Origin: Trichoplax sp. H2
Taxonomy: Eukaryota
Length of the DNA: 64,000 nt
Assembly (NCBI GenBank): GCA_003344405.1
Contig: NOWV01000015.1
Location: 806,001-870,000, forward strand
Reading direction: 5' to 3'
The translations under genes and the position numbers were made by a program. Positions 26,501-37,878 of the stretch are shown piece by piece; within the stretch, counting starts at the first letter, position 1, and every line of letters begins with the position of its first letter. The notes under the pieces were generated by a model, which saw only the letters and a list, made by a program, of their open reading frames with translations, did no database searches and was not told the origin of the DNA.

Positions 26501-28638
26501 GCCAAGTTTACAATTTTTAAACGATAAGGAGCAGTCAAGTACAATTATCACAAGGTTTTATGGTGCTGTTTTAAAATGATATTTTCCAAAGGGACAGTAT
26601 AAAACGACATCACGACATCGTTCAATGCATGCAGTACAAGTAATCCGCACTATCAAAATAAAGGCATCAAATTCTTAACTGTATTCCATGGAACCTTACT
26701 ATCAACTTCAAAATCAAATGTTTATTTTACGATTATACCTTACTGTCGTGACTTAAGAGCAACGATATTCTACAGACTCTAGTTAAGGATTGATTAATTA
26801 ATTACTATTTCGACAAGTGGATTTTAGTTATCGTACTAGTAACTTTAGCCTTCTCTAGAATCGACACAATACTACAAATTGATGAGAAATAAAATAATTA
26901 CTGGAAAAAATTTTGAGCCACTAAGGAGGCAGTGTTACTGTTCAAGTTTTCCTTTTAAGCTCTCAATAGCAAAAATTGCAAATGATACATCTTGTATTTC
27001 ATAAACTTACATAGTTTTCACCAAAATGAGTTTGACCACTTTCAAATGCATCAATTATAAGATTAACAGGCTTCGTTTTGCTGACGGCAACTAAACGAGG
27101 CTCTATATTAGGTAATTCCTATTTGAAATAGCAATAGAGCATATTTGTATCGAGTTTCATTGGAGGGATTATTTATATGTCTATTCTTGAAGATAATTAT
27201 CGTGTGATTGATATTGGAGTAACAATATCACATCCAATTCGCTTAATTCCGCTTCAACTGATACGTAGTGCATCTGGTAGATTAGCATGATTCAAGCAAG
27301 AATTATAGGTCATAAAAAATAAATAAATAATTATAATGCTGTAAAAAACAGTTTATGATTGTAATGTATATTGAAAATTTTCAAAGTCGATGGACATTTT
27401 CTCTCCAGCGCTTAGTGTCAAGTTTATTTACAGTATTTCTACATGTTTTACAGCTGCAGACTGATCATTTCTCATATTACTGTACAACATAGTATGATTG
27501 TCATTCACATGAAATTCATTTTTAAAACTACAGTACAGTAATATTACGATGAAGAGCTTCAACAAGTGCTGAGGTCAAATAAGACGGCCTTTCCAAGGGC
27601 AGGAACAAGAGATTTTTGCTTTTTGGATATTGCCATCGTATAGTATCTTAAGCTATCAGGGTCAATCTTATTTAAAAGAATAATATTCATGTTGTAGTGC
27701 AACCGCTGAAAGTATAAATCAAGTAGAACAGAATGAGGCACAGTTACACGATGAGAAGAACAAAGTGTTGAGCTTGTAAAGTGGAATAAAACTACCGTGG
27801 TTTTAATTTCTTTATAAAAGCATAGTTAGTGACTCTTTGATGTAATTATTACTGTATATTTTGGATAGCAATAATCATCCTTGTAAAACCGTGATATAGA
27901 ACGGTTAGATGATGTTTTTCGATCCGTCAGAAACGATGAGATTGGATCTGTCCAATGTATGAAAATTGTGTTGTCCTGGAATGAGTTGTAATTTATTTTA
28001 TTTATATTGATTTAAGCCAGTGATGACAGATTGTTCTGATCTAGGTCAAAGTGTCTTTCCTACTGATGATCGAGCATTTTAACATTTTTATTATTACAAA
28101 GTCGTTGGGTTTTAATACAGACGATCGTCATGTAGGGCCAAAATAAAATGAATTTGCCATCATATTGCATGCTGGTGATGCAATTAGCCAATTTCCCGGT
28201 ATGATTATTATTGGGGTGGACGGCGAGCTACTGCATGTACTACTATACTGTATCTATTGTTGGAGTTGTTCATCATGTTGTTGTAATAGAGCCAACAGTT
28301 TGCTACTATTGATGGTAACTCATTGCAAAGGGATTTCCTATCCAAGCTCAATGTATAACAATTAATGGATTGGATCTACGGATAAGAAGACAATTTTCAT
28401 CATCAAGACTACGACATGAATGAAACGATGGCGTCCATGCCGCTGGGAACTACGCTTTGACTTCTGGGAGTGCTGGTAAAGTGGCAACATATTGCAATCA
28501 AAGTCCATTACTGTTGCAGCAAGTACTTACAGCAGATCGACGCAATTTAGCAGCTTCAATTCGCTGTAGGATATTCTCTCTTGCTCGACCAACCTCCGTT
28601 AAAGCAATCATGATACGACGAGCGCTGGCTATCGACAT
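23589..28638 (-). CDS. PLPBP: Pyridoxal phosphate homeostasis protein (PLPBP/PROSC/YggS family), 8 exons
   Basis: [11 protein letters not shown] (PLP-binding Lys), [79 protein letters not shown]-stop. Confidence 0.97.
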
Positions 28639-28689
28639 GGTAGAGATGGAAACGGCAATGGAAAAGGAGATATAAAAGGAGAAAGTAGA

Positions 28690-29345
28690 CGAGGATTAAT
28701 GGCCAATCAACGCACGTTCTCCAAAGCTATTGTCGCTGCTGGCTGTATGGTAGTGCTCACTGGCTACAGTATCCAATGGTGGAACCAACCAGCCAGGTCA
28801 CGACCAATGACTTATAGTGTACAGTATTACTGTACTGAGAGATATCGTCACCGTATGGGTGGCACTAGGGCCTCTACGTTCAAAAGGCCATTATTTAGAG
28901 AGATAATGACCTGGGCTATGGACAATGATCACGTGGTACAAGAGGAGGAGCTTCTTTTGTTTCCTTTGAAGGGGCATTGTACAGTACTGTACTGTACCTC
29001 TTTTTAGAGGTGAGAGATATCGTCACCCCTATGGGTGACACTACGTTATACCTACACCTAAATGGCCATTATTTGGAGAGATAATGACCTGGGCTATGGA
29101 GAATGGTCACGTGGTGCAAGAGGAGGAGCTTCTTTTGTTTCCTTCGAGGGGCATTTGTACTAGAGGTATTTAGAAGTCCGTCAATACAGTAAGGTCATCG
29201 GTCACACAGGTCAATTTCGACATTGTTTCACGGTTAAAATGAAAACTGTATCAGTACAATAACAAAAGAATGCTACAGTACAGTACAGTATCTATTCACT
29301 CAACCATCCTACTGTACACTGTACAGTTGTGTATAGTACTGGATG
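28690..29345. promoter_or_regulatory. PLPBP upstream region: CCAAT boxes, TCACG/E-box sites and GTAC-repeat patches
   Basis: ccaatc at 28703, ccaatg at 28804, tcacgtgg twice, gtac clusters at 28818-28836, 28978-28997 and 29274-29340. Confidence 0.5.
28836..29160. repeat. Tandem duplication of a ~148 bp unit (28836-28982, 29011-29160) with several stem-loops
   Basis: Both copies: tgagagatatcgtcacc..tatgggtg.cacta...ggccattattt.gagagataatgacctgggctatgga.aatg.tcacgtggt.caagaggaggagcttcttttgtttcctt..aggggcatt. Confidence 0.92.
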
Positions 29346-29583
29346 GGGGACCACTTCTTCTTGCGGTCCAGGACTCCATTTGGCTACCGAAAAGGCTTGA
29401 TTAGGTTCGAATATTGATTTTGAGGTAGCGATTTGGTGATTTGCAGCACTCTGACTCTGCCAGCTAGTATCAAAGGCATCGTCATCTGGCTGAGGACTGC
29501 GGATACAATCACCTAGCCTACAGTGTACATAGGGTAATGGACTACATAAAGTACGGTACTCTATAATAATTAGAATTGTCAGT

Positions 29584-29761
29584 TAAAAGTTGGAGAGAAA
29601 TCCAGAAACTCTGGTCTGGTTCATACGGTCATGGACTACAAAAGAAATACACTACAAGTGTACACTGTACTGTATAGTACTGTAGAGTCGACTAAAAATT
29701 GGAGAGAAATCTAGAAACTTTGGTCTGGTCCATACGGCCATGGACTACGACAGAAATACAC
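29584..29761. repeat. ~70 bp direct duplication
   Basis: ttggagagaaatccagaaactctggtctggttcatacggtcatggactacaaaagaaatacac vs ttggagagaaatctagaaactttggtctggtccatacggccatggactacgacagaaatacac. Confidence 0.9.
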
Positions 29762-29874
29762 AGTTCAAGGGGGAAATAGAAACTGTACGCATCATGTACT
29801 ACGCAATACTGTACAGTACTGTACAATGTACATTATGCTATACCTTGGATCACTAGAACACCGCTGGTTCCGCA

Positions 29875-29949
29875 TTGATGAAACTCGACTTCTGCAATAC
29901 TGCATATTCAGATCTGCAGAACCGGGTATCGCAGAAGTAGTTTCATCAA
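29875..29949. repeat. 75-nt imperfect inverted repeat (long hairpin)
   Basis: ttgatgaaact/agtttcatcaa, acttctgc/gcagaagt and atac/gtat arms. Confidence 0.85.
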
Positions 29950-30989
29950 CGTCATAGAAATATGACAGATCATTTTAATTGAATGATGTTAGAATTTTAT
30001 AGCGTATAATGAGTCTATGGTAGCTAAAGTGAATTCACTCTGAGGCATGCCATATCATGTTTGCTGCAGGTTGTCACTTGTCAGCCAGCATTATAAGCAG
30101 TGGATTACAATTCAGTGAACCATTTCTATTGTAGTGTACAGGATGCTTGCTGCGGTATTATGCACTATTCACCGTGCACAATAGAGTAGACTCTTCAGAT
30201 TTTAATTTGATGTTCACAACTCTATATACAGTACTGTACTGTACAAGTGCTATATGTTCAAGGCGAGTAGACAGCAGCATTCTGATCATTTCCGCGCTGT
30301 GGTAGTTGTAATGATATCTTCTTTAAGTAGCGTAAAGTATTTTAAGGTAGACGATGATAAAAGGTATAAAGGATTTTATTGAGATACAAGCTATAGGCTA
30401 ACAATGATATGGTTGTTATAGATAAGGTATTTGAGATAGCAGGAACGTAGGAACTGACTAACGAGTTAGCTTACAAGGGTATTTATAGGTTTTAGATGAG
30501 ATTGAGATAATGTCTTTATATGTACAGTATAGCATGTCGTCTATATGTCGTCATGATGTCGAACATTATGAATATAATGCAATACAGCACTTAAACGGTA
30601 TACGATAAGTAGTCGTATATTAGGATATTACTATACTAGGCATCTTCTATATAAGATCATAATGTTACAGTAGTGATTTCAAATGCTTGGAGACGTTTCA
30701 GCATCCAATAATTCTGAGCATCAAGTTAACATCCGAAAGGGTCTACAGTGTACACTCTATAGTACAGTACTGTACAAGGATAGGGCGATCAGCATTTTGT
30801 ATGGATTGTTGCAAGTACAACGAAAGCAAAATCAATCCTACCATCTTCTTCCAGCCATAGGTAGCAGATTGGCATAGGGATATTATTAACTAAAAAAGAC
30901 ATGCAAAATATTTTTCATCTTGCAGTTGTGATTTTCCAGTCTACTGTACTCCAGGGTTTGAGATCATGTTGGTGATAATACTCATAATA

Positions 30990-31155
30990 GTAGTACTGTA
31001 CAATGTACTGTACATACTGTACTGTAGTACTGTAGGTGTATACTGTACAGTATAGTACAGTACAGTGTACAGTACAGTACTGGGTATTACAGTACAAAGG
31101 ACGGTATCGCACTGTATTGTACAGTACTGTACTGTACTGTACCCTACTGTATAAC
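30990..31155. promoter_or_regulatory. GTAC-repeat island ~1.1 kb upstream of the 7TM gene ATG
   Basis: Near-pure tactgtacagta/cagta runs. Confidence 0.55.
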
Positions 31156-32230
31156 GAATTATCTATTGTCCTGTCTGCCTGCTCAATCTTGTCCTATTGT
31201 TCAACTAGCTTGAAACAAAGACTTTCTTTTTAATCTATCTTACAGTATTTTGATGTTATTGTTTTCAATAATTTATTTAAAAAAATTTTTAACCGTAATG
31301 TATTGACTATCAAATTCAAAAACGAGAAAGTCATTGATGACGGCATGACACAATCTTAATTTTTTTTTTCTTTTTGTTGTCTGGTCTCATCGTTGCCAAC
31401 GATCTGCTCGAATTGGATTCTTTCACTTGGATAGAATTCTACGGTCGAGAAAGACGAGGTCGATCTTTCAATTTGTCGACTACTTTATTCTACTGGACAC
31501 GTATCTTGTAGCCGGTCAACAGGCTCGTTGCTCGACAACACGACGTGGTCTTACTGTCCGATCCGATTGTTGTCTCTGGATCAAGTTGATGGATTATCTT
31601 GCCCCTTTATTTTGACTTGAAAAGTGGAAATCAAACGGAAGAAATTGACGTTAGGATACAGCCTTGAATTACTTCGATCTTATTCACACCTTTTCAATAT
31701 TGCATTGTACAATCCTTGCACTACTACGGATAACTCGGGCTGATTTCTCAATCGACGAGCATTAGCAAAAGAAAAAAAAAGGACTCTTGTCAATCTCTTG
31801 CTTGATGTTTGGAATGGTTGCTCATGAGCTGCAAGAGTAGTATCGAAGGGATAACATTCTACTTGATGACAATATCGAATTTATCGATTAAAGTACTTTC
31901 TTGGCCTCTTTGGTAGTGTAATGGCCAAAAGAACATAGCGACATCACTGTGTGATCATTATTTCCTTTCACACTTGGATATTACTACGTTTTGCTATTAC
32001 TATCATAAACAATAATAAAAGACAACAAACAGATTCAGCTTTTGCAGGGTACATCGAAGACATTTTGGCTAGCATTATAGCTTGCCCCTTGCATAACAGA
32101 ATTATAGGTCGAAAATTATTGGTGGTTCTCCAAATAAAATTCCTTCCACTATTACAGTCCATCACAATTTGGCCTCTTGCAATTTATCCAAGATATTTGG
32201 GTGATAAAAAAAGAAAGTTTCACAACAATC

Positions 32231-35200
32231 ATGAAGATTAACACACGCCAATGGACCGTTTCCGGCTTAAACAAAAACTTGACTTTCGTCATATGCCAAT
32301 TTTATATAGTCATTTCTATCCTTCCATCAACGATGGCCTTCACTAATAATAAGGAAAATTTGGTATCGTCTGCTAAACTATCATTAAAAAGCCAAGCTAT
32401 CATACCCTTAGACACATTACTATCTAAGAATAGCGCTGGAGACCGATTTCTGGTCGTCGCTAACATATCTTGCTATCAGGTACGTCTTTCAACAATACGC
32501 ATATTACAAAAATTTTTCCAACTAAACTGTTACACCTGGACGCTTAACGGATTGCAACATTATTCTATCCTCATCAATTCTGTCTCAATCTTTCGATCAT
32601 GTAGTGATAGATTGTTCAAGAGTAGAGCATTTTAAACTAATTAGTCCTGATTGAAAAATGTATTTAATTAATGCATTCACCAGTAAATTATAATGATTAC
32701 TCTTTGAGCCTGCAAACAAGAGTACGTTCAATCCAGTTTACGCCATGTCTAAATTGTATGATTCTATTTAATTACTAAACTCAAAGGTCATAAATATAAA
32801 ATGATGCTTTACTGCTCTCTATTTTGCAAGATCATCTCCTCTATGTTAGTACATAGATAGTTATTATGCACAGACTACCAAATCAGTATGAACGATAGCA
32901 TTCATTTTTAATATGGCTTGTTCAATATTAATTAATTAATTATTTAATTACCAATATTGACTTGAAAACAGCTTGCATCCAAAAATGGATTCAGCCGACA
33001 ACAAGTAATATCATTTTCTTCAGTATTGCAATCAACTCTAATATTTTTCAGCTACCATCGTTGCAAATTACAACTTATTATACCGTAGTCTACGTCGGCA
33101 TTTCTTTTTCTTTATTTCCTCCATATCTCTTTTCAATTTCTACCCTGTAAAACGTCAATAGTCACAATCGATGACAAATGCAATGGAAAAAATATATCGT
33201 TAATGTCTCTCTATTAGTATTATTTATTTATTGTTAGTGTATTAAACTCAACCAGTCAAAACTTAGAATTAAATATGTTTTTCTCCTTGAGAATAGCTAT
33301 AGGCCTGAATAATTAATTACCCTACATAATAAATGCTTAGCTTATAACCGCTAATTCCTATAGTGGTATGATTGAATAAAATCTAAGAGGCAAACCCGGT
33401 ACTCTGTATTGCAAAACCTTAGACATTAGTCTATCATAAAAAGTCAACTATTTTCTACTGTATGTAGAAGGAAATGCTTTCAGAGTTTTTGTTCGCATTC
33501 ATTTACAAAACTGCAAGAGTACGGTGCCTCAGACGTATTTTTACCTATCATATTGAAGATTGAAAAAAGTGACATTAACTGAAACACGAGTATGATCATC
33601 GTTACAAGATTGCAAAACTTTTACATAATGCATATATAACCTGTGCTACCTTATAAATTATTTTATCAAACAATCATAAATGATTAATTTTACGATCGCG
33701 TACAATAACTTAATAGTTCGATTAATTATATTATCTTTTAGCTTATCAGACTTTACCAATTTTTACCAATTTCTCTTCATATTTCTCAAATTCTATATTT
33801 AACCAAGCAGATTAGACCTTCCTTTTCCATATTATCCTGCGAATTTTCGAATGACCGCGATGAAAACGTAAGTTCTTTCTACCCTCATATGATAACAGCA
33901 GAATATTAACGCCATTCTTTTTTAATTTATACACTTAAAGTGTAATGTTCCCAAATTAACGAAATAGACATGATCATTTCTATTTTCATAAAGCTGAAGT
34001 AGAATCTAAAACTTGTTCATTTAAAATCCCTTTTCTATGTTCAGAAATTACTGAATAAACCATGCGACACATTTCTTATTAATCAATACTGCCAGCGGAA
34101 AGTTACAGCTGATAAATATAAAAATGATCAGATTACTTTGCTATATGAAATCAACAATGGTAACCTTTCCAAATTATATATCCAAAGTTGTCAAAGTAAA
34201 GATGCCATCAAAAAAAGTAGATGGCTCGATATTAAACGAAACGCAAGCTACTGCAAGGTTAGAATCTTAGGTCATTAATTATGGAATTGCATCCTATACG
34301 TGTATACTGCCTATCCTGTATTAAAAATGGCAATTGATAAATCGGCCATAATAATGTCCAAGTATTGTGATTTAAAATTAATTATCACTCTTTTGTTATG
34401 TTTTATAGGCTGACCTAACCTTCATCAACAAAAATGCCGAATATGCCTTTAACATTTACGTTGTAATGTTGTTATTTTGGTGTATTTTAACTGTTTTTTG
34501 GATATTAAATTGGATTATGTACTGGAAGGTAAATTTTTATACACAATGAACATTCAATATATGTATGACATAAAAGTTGCCTTAGCAATGTGTTAGTAAG
34601 AAAACACGAAATGATAGCCAGCGGATGAAATCTTTTCCATCACTAATAGATTAATTTACTATATTTTACAGTATTCAAACAATCTCCACAAAATTATCAC
34701 AGTTTATCCTATCATCAAGGTCACGGCACTGCTTTTTACTACTATACGACTTCAAATTCTATCAACATCAGGTACTATAATTGATTTATATATCCTTACT
34801 AGCATACCATAGATCACAACGATACCTGAATTAATGCAATTTATACCTAAATATAACGGTATTCGTATTTTCAAAAAATCACCAATATTAAAGTCATGGT
34901 ATTATCAATTTTAATAGGAAAATCCTTCACCATACTAGATACAACAGTAACGGTTTTTGATAGCATAGAAAATCCATTCTTATTTGCTATCGTCATGTTA
35001 ATTTCTGAGGGCTATTGTATTATTAAAGACTCTGTTAGCAGACACAAGATTTTCGAATTAGCAGGTAACAGTGTATTATTAGAACATAAATATAGTATTA
35101 TTTTTGTTTAAGTTGGGTTATACTCTCTTCCTTTTTATTAGTGTATTCTATACTCTTCTCGATATCGACTATGTGCATGCTCTTGATCCACAAATATTTC

Positions 35201-35831
35201 TTGGTAAGAACAATTTACAATTTTTTTTATGTTCCCGGCGAGACATTTTATTTATGTATTACTAAACTAATCATATTATCTTTCATTTGTTGTTATAACA
35301 TCTCTATAGAGCGTGATGGTATTTTGTGCTGTCGTTATGATGTATAAAGCTTTAAAATGGTGTACGTATAATACAATGTTACTTCGACAATTCTCTGAAA
35401 GATTAAAGCGTATGGTTTCGGAAGTAAAATTAGTACATACGACACACGTAACCCCACAAGATCAAATTGCTGCAAAATTAAATATTTTGTTGCGTCTTAG
35501 ACATATATGCGCAATATTCTCTGTTATGTTTGCTGCAGCTATTACATTAACATCTCTACTGTATCAACTCCTGTGGATTCAAGCTCTATTCTTTGAAATT
35601 CCCAAGACTTTTTTGTACACATGTATAGCGTACCTTTGTAGATTACGAAATTTTGCCCCCTATAATGAGATTACGTTAGCCATTCCTTCTATAGATTATA
35701 ATATTATTTATACACCTCGATCATCTGGCGAGGATAAACTTGGCATTTACTTAGCAATACCATTAGAAAATGGAGAAAATCTTGTTGATAATGATGAATT
35801 AAATAGAAATACAAATAACATTTCTGAATAA
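32231..35831 (+). CDS. Divergent GOST-type (GPR107/GPR108/TMEM87-like) seven-transmembrane protein, ~510 aa
   Basis: Phase-consistent exons 32231-32479, 33742-33867, 34045-34257, 34409-34528, 34672-34771, 34918-35064, 35142-35203, 35310-35831; signal-peptide-like segment, Cys-containing luminal region, seven hydrophobic segments; NLHKII..IK, VMLISEGYCIIK and IAYLCRLRNFAPY resemble GPR107-type IH.LM..L..K, LIGTGWAFIK and GYKFRP..NNPY. N-terminal exons less certain. Confidence 0.7.
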
Positions 35832-37878
35832 AAACGTTTTCAAGACTGTAAGCATGAGTATAGCATAGCTTATATCCTTAGAAGCATAATCTATTTATTG
35901 CTATTTAGCTAACATATCCATTAAACGAATATGAAACTAAATTTTACCTTTTTATTACAATTCTTTCATTGATCGACTTTGCTTTATTTTATTATATTCG
36001 TTTATTATTACTATTCACATTTTAATTTTCGTTCGTATTATATATATATATTTATAACTTTCATTTGTATCGAGTAATGAATGACCTTTATAAAGTAAAA
36101 TGAAAACCAGTTCATCATTACTATTATTTTACGTTTTATAACAATTAATATTTCATAAAATAAAAATTCATTATTATTCAACAGCGTAATGTATAATTGT
36201 GGAAGCCTTACGGTTTTTAAGTTCTTTTCTTGATGGTTATGAGCTATTAATTAAGTGTGAAATCTACAAGCTAATTACATAAAAATCCTTATAAATACTG
36301 TGTAAAACGAAACTGCCTTAAGAAGATTTCCTGCATAACTTTTACTTCTAGTATTGTAGCATTTTGGTTCACCTTGTCTATTTGGAAATATGAATTAATT
36401 ATACAAGATTACGAGCTTACTTTGGATCGTAATTATAAGCAATGGATCACAAGCAAACTTGAAATCATACAATAACTTTAATCGGAACCGTACTAGTTAG
36501 TTGTCAAAGAAAGTGAAATTTGATAGTGAAATATTCTGCATTAATGCGATATGCGTAATATATCTGTAAGCAAAGATAACATATGTGTATCCACTAATTT
36601 TCTAAAGGTTAGTGGCTTAGTAATTTAGAAAATAACTTTATCATTTTTAGCTAAAACTAAATTTACCTTAGCTTCGAATGTTTATACTATGAAAGAATTT
36701 AATATTGTAAGCATATTTATTTACCACCAGAAAATTTTTTGCCTAAACAGTAATGCAGTAACAAAATTATGAGCATTTACTACGGACAGCAAAATTGATA
36801 GTACTCGTATGTGCATAGCTAGCTGCTGGGGCACTGTATCAATATTTGAGAGACATTCAGTGCTTCCGGCGATTACAGTACCTTACGTTCTAGCTGACAA
36901 GCTAGCGATTAATCTACTGTGATTTTCACATTCCTTGCTATTACTATGGTTTAGCTATTATTTACCCGGCCTGCACTTTACTACATGCCAATCACTAAAG
37001 GCAAGTCAAGATTGCCTATAGGATAGCTATATCATAAACTGTACAATACAGGCAATATGTTCTCATCATCACTTGAGAATTATAGTGTCCTGCATCAAAT
37101 TAATTATAGGACAAAGAAGATGTAGAAATGTTTCTCGTGCAAAAAATAGTGGAATAGATAGTATCTTCTTGTGCCTTTGCTTATACAGTACTGCAGTTTA
37201 ACGGCCTTGTATGCAGATTTTTCCTTAATTATATATTTATAATAGTAATTAGCTATCAACTACCTCAAGTGCTTTACAGTTTATACGGAGTAGCACAATA
37301 GTACTTCCAATTAGTTTCACAGATGATAATGAGAATTCACAAATAAGTAGAACCGACACGAGTACAATATCAAGGACAACATTTTTTATTCGCAGAACTA
37401 AATTCTTATAAATATGTAATTTAATTATCAAGTTGGATCAAATCTGCAGTGTACTATGTTTACAGACTACAAAGAAACCCTACGCAACAATAATGCATAA
37501 TATTATTGGACATCGTAGTGCTTTTAAGTATGTAAAGTTTAAATTTCTTTAATGTCATTAATGCAGTTTTAATTAACCCGTTAAATTGTAAAGCCTACTG
37601 TAACATTTTAGTTTAATCCATACTTTAAGTAATTTAGTGATTTTCGTCAGACTTAAAAAAATCGCTTAAATACAGACTATGAAACATGAAACCGATGTAC
37701 TGTAAAGTTGTAGTAAGAAATTGATATTATGATATACCAAAAACAAAATATCACACTATTGCGGAGATACAAAACAGGAAATCAATCCATATCACCACAA
37801 GAATAATATGTTAGTTTCAAAGGAAGAATTATCAACCTTTAGAAATATGTTTGATCATGGAAATTGTTAACATGACGC

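Noticed and set aside
37164-37180. 16-nt match cttcttgtgcctttgc to the reverse complement of ~348-363
   Set aside because: Single short match with no flanking homology
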